A stretch of DNA of 64,000 bases from Magnetococcales bacterium (GTDB lineage Bacteria; Pseudomonadota; Magnetococcia; Magnetococcales; JADFYX01). The notes beneath the pieces were generated by a model. The model saw nothing but the letters and a program-made list of their open reading frames with translations, was not told the origin of the DNA and made no database searches. Positions 7,937-15,602 of this stretch are shown one piece after another (position 1 is the stretch's first letter; each line of letters begins with the position of its first letter). The stretch covers positions 7,389 to 71,388 of the forward strand of contig PEAM01000007.1 in the NCBI GenBank assembly GCA_002753565.1, given 5' to 3'. The position numbers and the translations under genes are program-made.

Positions 7937-10222
7937 ATGAGAGAGCGCTTTTTTCACAATATCCTACGCTGGCGATGGCTGGTGGTGCTGCTTCTACTTC
8001 CCCTGGTTGGTACCCTTGCCAGTGGCGCCAAACAGCTGCGGTTTGAGACCGACTACCGAATCTTCTTTTCCGATGATAATCCGCAGATGCTGGCTTTCGA
8101 TAATCTACAAAACACCTATACAAAAAATGATAACGTTCTCTTTGTCTTGGCTCCCAAGGATGGGAAAATTTTCACCTCCAAGATGTTGCGGATCGTAAAA
8201 GATCTGACCAAGGCCTCCTGGCAGATTCCCTACTCTATTCGGGTGGACTCGGTAACCAACTTTCAACATACCCAGGCTGAAGGGGATGATCTGTTGGTCG
8301 CTGATCTGGTGGAAAACCCGGAAAAGCTCACCCCTGCTGAGTTGGAAGCCATCCAAGCCATTGCGCTGGCAGAACCCATGCTGATCAACCGGATCATCTC
8401 TCCGAAAGTCGACGTCACGGGTGTCAACGTAACCATTCAGTTGGCGGGGAAGGATCAGGCAAAAGAGGTTCCTGAAATTGCCGCATTTGTTGAAAAAATG
8501 GCAGAAGAGTTAAGAGCGGCCCACCCCGATCTGGAGGTCTATCTAACCGGCGTAACGATGATGAACAACGCCTTCCCGACGGCAGCCAAACATGATATGA
8601 GCACCCTGGTTCCCATCATGTTTTTGGTGGTGATCATCACATTGGGGTTGATGCTTCGCTCCTTTTCGGCCACCTTTGCGACGGTATTGGTCATCCTTTT
8701 TACCGTAGCAACCACCATGGGGCTTACCGGTTGGTTGGGTATTCCTCTTACTGGCCCCTCCTCATCAGCCCCGACCATTATTCTAACCATGGCGGTCGCC
8801 GACTGTGTTCATATTCTCATCACCTTTCTCTACTATTACCGTCTGAATGGTGGAGAGGATAAGGCGAAAGCCATGATGGAGAGTTTGCGGGTCAACCTCC
8901 ATCCGGTTTTTCTCACCACTCTGACAACGGCTATCGGCTTTTTAAGCATGAACTTTGGCGAAGTCCCCCCCTTCCGGGATCTGGGCAATATGGTGGCCAT
9001 GGGGGTGGGAATCGCCTTTATACTCTCTACCACCCTGCTACCGGCCTTGATGATGATTTTGCCGGTCCACGTCAAAAAAGAGGCCACCCGCACGGGTCAG
9101 AGGATGGAAAAGTTTGGCGAGTTTGTCATCCAAAAAAGAAACATTCTATCCTGGTGCATGGTCTCAGTGGTGGTTATCCTCGCTCTCTTTATTCCGAAGA
9201 ATGAGTTGAATGATGAGTTTGTCAAATATTTCAGCCACAACATTCCGTTCCGGGTGGCCTCGGACTTCTCCAACGAAAGATTGACCGGCATCTATAACAT
9301 CGACTACTCACTGGAGTCTGGAGAGGAGAACGGCGTGGCCTCCCCTGTATTTCTCCAGCATGTTGAAAACTTTGCCCAATGGTATCGAAGCCAGCCGGAG
9401 GTAACTCACGTTAACTCTATTACCGATACCTTCAAACGGCTCAACCGAAATATGCACGGCGATGATAAGGCCTGGTATAAGCTTCCAGAAGCCCAAGATC
9501 TGGCTGCCCAATATCTGCTTCTGTACGAGATGTCCCTCCCGTATGGGCTGGACCTCAACAATCAGATCAACCTGGATAAATCCGCCACCCGGTTTGTGGT
9601 GACCATGGAGAACCTCTCTTCCAATCAGGTTATTGATGTGGCCTCTCGGGCCAGGGCCTGGCAAAAAGCCAATCTACCGGCCTCCATGCAGGTGGAAGGT
9701 TCCAGCCCAACGGTGATGTTTGCCCATATCGGCCAGCGAAACATTCGCAGTATGATTCTGGGCACATCCGGGGCACTGGTTCTCATCTCCCTGATTATGG
9801 TCATCTCCCTTCGCTCCATCAAAATTGGCCTGATCAGTCTGGTTCCCAATCTGGTTCCCATGATCATGGCCTTTGGTTTGTGGGGCATGTTTGTCGGAGA
9901 GGTCGGTCTGGCCCTCTCCATTGTTACCGGCATGACCTTGGGTATTGTTGTGGATGATTCGGTCCACTTTCTGAGCAAATATCTTCGAGCCCGCCGAGAG
10001 AAAGGTTACTCTTCCCAAGATGCGGTCCGCTATGCCTTTTCTACGGTTGGAACCGCCTTATGGGTTACATCGGCTGTTTTGGTCTGTGGCTTTTTTGTGC
10101 TGACCTTCTCCGACTTCCGCCTCAACTCCGGTATGGGCCTGCTCACGGCTATCACCATCTCGTTTGCCTTGATTGCCGACTTTTTACTGTTACCCCCTCT
10201 TCTGATGAAACTGGAGAAATAA
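7937..10222 (+). CDS. RND-superfamily exporter of the MMPL/HpnN-like type
   Basis: 761 aa. Two repeats of a large loop plus a TM bundle, with conserved charged TM motifs MAVADCVHIL and GIVVDDSVHFLSKY. Confidence 0.85.
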   Translation: MRERFFHNILRWRWLVVLLLLPLVGTLASGAKQLRFETDYRIFFSDDNPQMLAFDNLQNTYTKNDNVLFVLAPKDGKIFTSKMLRIVKDLTKASWQIPYSIRVDSVTNFQHTQAEGDDLLVADLVENPEKLTPAELEAIQAIALAEPMLINRIISPKVDVTGVNVTIQLAGKDQAKEVPEIAAFVEKMAEELRAAHPDLEVYLTGVTMMNNAFPTAAKHDMSTLVPIMFLVVIITLGLMLRSFSATFATVLVILFTVATTMGLTGWLGIPLTGPSSSAPTIILTMAVADCVHILITFLYYYRLNGGEDKAKAMMESLRVNLHPVFLTTLTTAIGFLSMNFGEVPPFRDLGNMVAMGVGIAFILSTTLLPALMMILPVHVKKEATRTGQRMEKFGEFVIQKRNILSWCMVSVVVILALFIPKNELNDEFVKYFSHNIPFRVASDFSNERLTGIYNIDYSLESGEENGVASPVFLQHVENFAQWYRSQPEVTHVNSITDTFKRLNRNMHGDDKAWYKLPEAQDLAAQYLLLYEMSLPYGLDLNNQINLDKSATRFVVTMENLSSNQVIDVASRARAWQKANLPASMQVEGSSPTVMFAHIGQRNIRSMILGTSGALVLISLIMVISLRSIKIGLISLVPNLVPMIMAFGLWGMFVGEVGLALSIVTGMTLGIVVDDSVHFLSKYLRARREKGYSSQDAVRYAFSTVGTALWVTSAVLVCGFFVLTFSDFRLNSGMGLLTAITISFALIADFLLLPPLLMKLEK

Positions 10223-10224
10223 TC

Positions 10225-11013
10225 ATGACTCGCTTAAAACAGATTATTCTAACCCTGCCCCTACTGCTTCTGCCTTTAACAGCCATGGCGCAAACCCCAG
10301 AAGAGAAGGGGTTGGCGATTGCTCGTGAGGTGGACCAGCGCGATAACGGCTTTCAAGATTCTACTGCCAAGATGACCATGACCTTGAAAAACAGAGCCGG
10401 GCAGGAGAGCTTTCGCTACATTCGCTTCAAAACATTGGAGGTGGAAGGGGACGGCGACAAGAGTCTCTCCATCTTTGACAAACCACGGGATATCAAAGGA
10501 ACAGCCATGCTGACTTTTTCCCACGCCACCAAACCGGATGATCAATGGATGTATCTACCGGCCTTGAAGCGGGTAAAAAGAATCTCCTCTCGCAACAAGT
10601 CCGGCCCGTTTATGGGCAGTGAGTTTGCCTTTGAAGATTTAGGCTCCCAGGAGGTGGAAAAATATCACTACAAGTGGCTGCGGGATGAACCCTGCAACGG
10701 GCTGGACTGTTTTGTGGTGGAACGCCGCCCCGCCTATGAACACTCCGGCTATACCCGTCAAGAGGTCTGGATTGACAAAGAGGCGTATCGGGTTCAAAAA
10801 GCGGTCTATTATGATCGGAAAAACAGCCTGCTCAAAAGCCAGACTTTTTCTGGTTACAAACAGTATCTGAATAAGTTTTGGCGTACCACCACCATGGAGA
10901 TGGTCAACCATCAGACTGGAAAAAGCACCCAACTTCTCTGGGAGGATTACCAATTTCGGGTTGGTCTGGATAGTAACGACTTTAACCGCAACAGTCTGAA
11001 GAGAGCCAGATGA
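10225..11013 (+). CDS. LolA-like outer-membrane lipoprotein-sorting protein
   Basis: The track ORF 10060..11013 overlaps the exporter. The ATG at 10225, 2 nt after the exporter stop, gives MTRLKQIILTLPLLLLPLTAMAQ (signal peptide). WMYLPALKRVKRISS...GSEFAFEDL is the family pattern. Confidence 0.8.
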   Translation: MTRLKQIILTLPLLLLPLTAMAQTPEEKGLAIAREVDQRDNGFQDSTAKMTMTLKNRAGQESFRYIRFKTLEVEGDGDKSLSIFDKPRDIKGTAMLTFSHATKPDDQWMYLPALKRVKRISSRNKSGPFMGSEFAFEDLGSQEVEKYHYKWLRDEPCNGLDCFVVERRPAYEHSGYTRQEVWIDKEAYRVQKAVYYDRKNSLLKSQTFSGYKQYLNKFWRTTTMEMVNHQTGKSTQLLWEDYQFRVGLDSNDFNRNSLKRAR

Positions 11014-12215
11014 AAACCGCCTTTTTCATCCTCTTAACTTCTCTCTCTCTTCTTCTGCCAACCGCCGGACCTCTCCAGGCCGGAGAGGGAGAGTGGTCGG
11101 GCCATATGGCAACCCAGCTACGCCTTTTTCCCGAGTCTCCCCTCTCCTCCCAACAGGGGGATCTGCAACTTTCTGTCAGCTTTCAGCCGGAGTATTATCA
11201 ATCCTGGGATGAGGGCAACCAATCTTTTGCCTTTGTCCCCTTTATCCGTCTGGATAGCATGGATTCTGAGCGCAGCCACTGGGACATTCGTGAACTTACC
11301 TGGATGATGGTGGGGGACAACTGGGAGCTAAGAACCGGTATTCGAAAGCTTTATTGGGGGGTTACCGAATCTCAACATCTGGTAGACATCATCAATCAAA
11401 CCGATGGCATTGAGAGTATTGATGGGGAAAAAAAGCTCGGGCAACCTATGATTAATCTTTCGTTAACCTATGATATCGGAACTTTGGATTTTTTCCTGCT
11501 GCCCTATTTCCGAGAGAGAACCTATCCAGGACAAAAAGGCCGGCTGCGGTCAACTCCCTGGGTGGATACCGATCAGGCCCGGTATGAGTCCAGCGCCAAG
11601 GCCTACCACCTGGATTGGGCAGCACGGTGGTTTAAGAGCTTAGGCGATTGGGATGTGGGTCTCTCGCATTTTTCGGGCACCAGTCGCAGCCCCACGTTTG
11701 TGGCAGGCAACAACTCATCCGGAAACTCGGTTCTTCTCCCCTACTACCCCCTCATGGAGCAGACCGGGCTGGATTTGCAGGTAACCAAAGAGGCCTGGTT
11801 GTGGAAGCTGGAGGCGATCTCCAGCCGCAGCCAGGGATCACGATACAGCGCCATGACTGGCGGGTTTGAGTACACCTTTGTTGGGGTGATGAACTCCGAC
11901 TCGGATGTGGGTTTGATTGCGGAATATCTGTTTGACGACCGGGGAGAGAGAGCCCCCACCCCCATGGAGAGCGACATCATGATTGGTCTTCGTCTGGCTA
12001 TGAATGACGTCAACAGTACCGATTTTTTGATCGGCACCATTGTCGACATCAACCAACACCATTTGATGGTCAGCATGGAAGGGTCCCGGCGGGTAATGAG
12101 TAATTGGAAACTCTCTGTCGAGGGGCGGTTTTTTGTCAACACCCCTGCAGAGGATACGCTCTATTCCCTGCGCCGAGACAGTTTTTTTCAGGTGGAACTA
12201 GCCCGCTATTTTTAG
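11010..12215 (+). CDS. Putative outer-membrane beta-barrel protein
   Basis: ATGA overlap with the upstream gene. Signal peptide MKTAFFILLTSLSLLLPTAGPLQA, an alternating hydrophobic pattern, and a C-terminus ...FFQVELARYF ending in Phe as in OM barrels. No named family recognised. Confidence 0.6.
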   Translation: MKTAFFILLTSLSLLLPTAGPLQAGEGEWSGHMATQLRLFPESPLSSQQGDLQLSVSFQPEYYQSWDEGNQSFAFVPFIRLDSMDSERSHWDIRELTWMMVGDNWELRTGIRKLYWGVTESQHLVDIINQTDGIESIDGEKKLGQPMINLSLTYDIGTLDFFLLPYFRERTYPGQKGRLRSTPWVDTDQARYESSAKAYHLDWAARWFKSLGDWDVGLSHFSGTSRSPTFVAGNNSSGNSVLLPYYPLMEQTGLDLQVTKEAWLWKLEAISSRSQGSRYSAMTGGFEYTFVGVMNSDSDVGLIAEYLFDDRGERAPTPMESDIMIGLRLAMNDVNSTDFLIGTIVDINQHHLMVSMEGSRRVMSNWKLSVEGRFFVNTPAEDTLYSLRRDSFFQVELARYF

Positions 12216-12245
12216 CTTGGCCCCTGGATAAGCAAGCCATGAGAA

Positions 12246-12281
12246 GGGGGGGGACAGGCTCCAGCCCTTTTACCCCCCCCC
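12246..12281 (+). terminator. G8/C9 homopolymer hairpin, possible terminator of the four-gene module
   Basis: GGGGGGGG (12246-12253) ... CCCCCCCCC (12273-12281) with a 19-nt loop, followed by TTCTTCCCCCCTTTTG. It begins 31 nt after the stop at 12215. Confidence 0.4.
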
Positions 12282-12353
12282 TTCTTCCCCCCTTTTGAAT
12301 CGCCCCAACACCCTCCTCTCTGCTACAATATATCCCTTTTTTCGGATGATTTG

Positions 12354-12383
12354 TTGACAGATGAATCTTAAATTATTGATAAT
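12354..12383 (+). promoter_or_regulatory. Candidate sigma70-type promoter
   Basis: TTGACA (12354-12359), 18 nt, then GATAAT (12378-12383), in an AT-rich island ~120 nt upstream of the 12505 ORF. Confidence 0.35.
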
Positions 12384-12504
12384 GAAGTAATGTAGACAAC
12401 AGAGAAGGTTTTAGTTTTTTTATTAATTAAGAATCACTTCAGCAAGGCAAGCCTGTTGATTTGACGAACCTTTTCTTTAATAAACCAATACCTGAATAAT
12501 AGCG

Positions 12505-14367
12505 ATGCCAATGGATTACCCACAAGATTCTCTCGATGCAAACGCAATTCCACAGGAAAAAGAGGTGGCAACGCGGCAAACATCCCAGCTACAGAACTTG
12601 AACCCATGGGTCAAACCCGCCTCCTCTCAACCTGAGCCTGAGCCAGAACCCTCGCCCAGGGAAGAGCCCCCCACCCCGTCTCAATCTGCCCCTGGTGCCA
12701 ACCCTTTTCGGCATGAGCAAACCAGCTTTCAACAGGCCACCAGCTCTTTGGACCACGAAAGTGATCTTTTACAGCGTCGTATTGAAGAGATTCAGGCACG
12801 AGAGTTGGAGACCGAGCAGTATTTAAAATCCCAAGAAAACTTTATCCAGCAGGCCAAAGCCGCTCTGGATCAGGAGATTGACGAACTGCAACGGCGAATC
12901 GACGAGGTGCAGGCACGAGAGAGCGAAATAGATCGCGCTATCCTGAATCAAGCGGGCTTGGAGCAAAAGGAGCTGCAATACCAACAGCGTGAAGCCCAAA
13001 TGCTGGCCCGTGAGGCCGAGTTGAACAATCGAATCTTGGCTCTTGAGGCCTCCCTTCAACAGAATGGGAAGAGTCTGGAGCAAGAAAAACAGGCCCTCGC
13101 AACCCAAGAAGCAGCCCTGCTAAGCCGTCAAGCGGAGTGGGAAAAAGCCAAAGAGGATCAAGACAAGAACCTGTTGGAGGCTCAGAATAGCTTGCAGGCC
13201 AAAGAGGCTCAGCTGAGAAGCAGAGAGGAAGAGTTGGCCAAACAAGAGAGGGAAAGCAGCTCACGCACCTCGCAGCAGCCTCTCTCATCAGCAACCGCTA
13301 CAGAACCTCTTAACGACCTTCAACGCCGTGAAGAGGCCCTCCAACTTCGGGAAGTGGCAAGCGAAAAAGCCTTTAATGAGCGGCAGTCGGCCTTAAACGA
13401 GGCTCAAAAGGGGCTGGACCGGCAACAAGAAGAGCTGGAAGACAAGAAAAAACAACTCAAAGAACAAGAAGACAGGGCGAAAAAGGCCTCCTTGGGAGAG
13501 GTCAACCTCATCCAAGAGGAGCTGGAAAAACACCCCTTGTCAGCCCCCACGCCACCAAGCTCCCCTTCAGCCAATCAGGCAGAGGGTTTTGAGGATTGGG
13601 GCAGCTCTCAGGCAACACAGCCACCCCCCAAAGAGCACGCCCGGCAACAAGAGACACCACACATCCAATCTCAGGATGCCGACTCTTTTGCCACCCAGCC
13701 AACCGATCCCAAGAGCCGGAAAAAACGGCTTATCACCCTTACCCTGGTCGCCTTACTGGGCACTCTGGCCCTGGCGCTCCTCTTTGGCCCCATCCAGAAG
13801 TGGTATGGCAGTGGCAACCCTTCTGCTTCCCAACCCGAGCAGGCTGCTCCACCGTCAGAGACGACTCCCCCCTCTCAAGGGGGTAAACAGGCCCAAGCTA
13901 TCCTACTGCAACCCATCGAAGAGGAGATGAATGCCGAGGAGCTTCTGGCCATTCAAGAGTCGTTAGCCAAACAGGCCTCTGCTGTCAATACGGCAGAGAG
14001 CCGACAGGCCACCCAGGAAGAACAGCAAAAAGCCGAAGCCCTTAAACAGGCCCAAGCGGAGCAGGCCAGAGCATTCCAGGCTATTTTATCGACAGTGGAT
14101 GGAGACATCCAATCCAACAGACTCAGCCGTCCTGCTGGCAATAATGCGTTGGAAAAGCTCCAATCCATTCTGGATATCGACCCTGAATTCGAAGCTGCCA
14201 AACAGGGGATGATCCGGGTGGCGGAAAAATATGTCATCCTGGCAGAAGGAGCTGTTCTCAAAAAACAGTGGGCCAGGGCCGAGCTACTGCTGTCTAAAGC
14301 CCGATCCATTCACCCTCCCCTGGCCTCCATCAATCGGGTCCAAACCCTGCTGGAAAACGCTCGATAG
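12505..14367 (+). CDS. Bitopic coiled-coil protein (Gln/Glu-rich cytoplasmic coiled coil, one TM helix, TPR-like C-terminal domain)
   Basis: 620 aa. Pro-rich N-terminus and a long heptad region with the internal repeat LLQRRIEEIQARELE / ELQRRIDEVQARESE. TM helix LITLTLVALLGTLALALLFGPI. C-terminal helical repeats (NNALEKLQSILDIDPEFEAAKQGM...). Confidence 0.7.
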   Translation: MPMDYPQDSLDANAIPQEKEVATRQTSQLQNLNPWVKPASSQPEPEPEPSPREEPPTPSQSAPGANPFRHEQTSFQQATSSLDHESDLLQRRIEEIQARELETEQYLKSQENFIQQAKAALDQEIDELQRRIDEVQARESEIDRAILNQAGLEQKELQYQQREAQMLAREAELNNRILALEASLQQNGKSLEQEKQALATQEAALLSRQAEWEKAKEDQDKNLLEAQNSLQAKEAQLRSREEELAKQERESSSRTSQQPLSSATATEPLNDLQRREEALQLREVASEKAFNERQSALNEAQKGLDRQQEELEDKKKQLKEQEDRAKKASLGEVNLIQEELEKHPLSAPTPPSSPSANQAEGFEDWGSSQATQPPPKEHARQQETPHIQSQDADSFATQPTDPKSRKKRLITLTLVALLGTLALALLFGPIQKWYGSGNPSASQPEQAAPPSETTPPSQGGKQAQAILLQPIEEEMNAEELLAIQESLAKQASAVNTAESRQATQEEQQKAEALKQAQAEQARAFQAILSTVDGDIQSNRLSRPAGNNALEKLQSILDIDPEFEAAKQGMIRVAEKYVILAEGAVLKKQWARAELLLSKARSIHPPLASINRVQTLLENAR

Positions 14368-14410
14368 CCTTACCCTTCAACCCGTCCAGCCGCCCCTCTC
14401 TCTTTATCTT

Positions 14411-15562
14411 TTAAAAATGAGAGAGGGAGGCTGGGGTAGAGTGGAACTCCCCTCTTTCGTAGAGGGCTTCAATTGTATGGTTGGTAATAACCCGGTTGAC
14501 TACCTCAAGCAGTGCCGGGTTCTCTACGGCCACCACATACTTGTCGTTATGGGTCAGTAATCTTTTTTCATCCAGATAGACCAGTCGGCTGTTTGGCCAG
14601 CGGCGGGCAATCAACTCATCGGTGACAAAAAACACCTCCCCCCGTGACTGATCTGTCATCAACTCTTGAGCAACCCCGGGAATTTCGGAGCTGGTTACGG
14701 TGGTCACCAGGTTGATTTTTGGCAGATGAGCATGAATAGCGTGGAGGCTGCTCCCCCCCTGCACCGCCACGACACTCTTTTGCTTGGAGTTTAACGAAGC
14801 AGAGGTACGTTTCATATCCCCCTCTCCAGGTAGAAATGTCCCCAAAACCAAACCGGTGGTGTAATAGGGCTTGGAAAGATAGGCAACTCTCTCCCGTTTA
14901 GCCGAGTGTGAAATAAGGCTGATATTGAGATCGGTAACCGCGTATCGCAGAGAGAAAAAACGGGAATCCAGGCTCCTCAACCGGGTAAAAACCGCTTTTT
15001 TTCCCAACTCTTCAGCAATTAGAAGGCCAAAATCGATAGCAGCCCCCTTCCACTCTTTGGTGTCATTGTCAAAATAGCTGATAAACCCCTGCTTATCCCG
15101 AACCCCAATACGAAGCAGCTTCTGGTCTTGAAAAAGCAGGGCGATGGGGTCTGAGTTGGGAGGTGGGCTCTCCTCCAGCCCTCTTTTATTGCTAAGAAGA
15201 AGGGAAATATCCCGACACCGCCCATCAGCTTGGTACTCTTCCTTAAACATCACCTCCGAATCCAGTGTCATCTTTTCCACCCGCCAAACGGGAGGAGCGG
15301 TCTCATCGGTAAAGGGTTGCTCCTGAAGATGGTGGTAGAGGGTCGTGCGAAAGAGGGTTTTCAACCCCTTGTTCTCTCGACTGTTATCGTCCAACCAAAA
15401 AGCGGGACAGACCCTCATCTTGATGTGCAGACTCTCTCCCACCCTCTTCTGGCTTGTGATGGTTGCTTTGGGTTGGATAAAGGAGGGGGAGATGGAGTAG
15501 ATATAGATGAACAGGATGGCAACGAGAAAAATGACCAGATGACTGGAATATCGCCCCTTCAT
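14411..15562 (-). CDS. Membrane-anchored periplasmic solute-binding-fold protein (SBP family 3-like)
   Basis: N-terminal TM helix (HLVIFLVAILFIYIYSI), ~130 aa of unknown sequence, then an SBP_bac_3-like pattern (LRIGVRDKQGFISYFDNDTKEWKGAAIDFGLLIAEELG ... SKPYYTTGLVL ... VAVQGGSSL). Confidence 0.7.
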   Translation of the reverse strand: MKGRYSSHLVIFLVAILFIYIYSISPSFIQPKATITSQKRVGESLHIKMRVCPAFWLDDNSRENKGLKTLFRTTLYHHLQEQPFTDETAPPVWRVEKMTLDSEVMFKEEYQADGRCRDISLLLSNKRGLEESPPPNSDPIALLFQDQKLLRIGVRDKQGFISYFDNDTKEWKGAAIDFGLLIAEELGKKAVFTRLRSLDSRFFSLRYAVTDLNISLISHSAKRERVAYLSKPYYTTGLVLGTFLPGEGDMKRTSASLNSKQKSVVAVQGGSSLHAIHAHLPKINLVTTVTSSEIPGVAQELMTDQSRGEVFFVTDELIARRWPNSRLVYLDEKRLLTHNDKYVVAVENPALLEVVNRVITNHTIEALYERGEFHSTPASLSHF

Positions 15563-15602
15563 GGATGACCACGCTCCCTCTCAAGAAACAGCTTCCCCAT
15601 GG

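Noticed and set aside
10060-10224. N-terminal extensions of track ORFs (10060-, 58974-, 28978-, 22115-, 26664-, 40619-, 42818-, 34227-)
   Set aside because: The extensions overlap the preceding gene or lack an RBS. Internal ATG or TTG starts give proper signal peptides or canonical N-termini with Shine-Dalgarno sequences.
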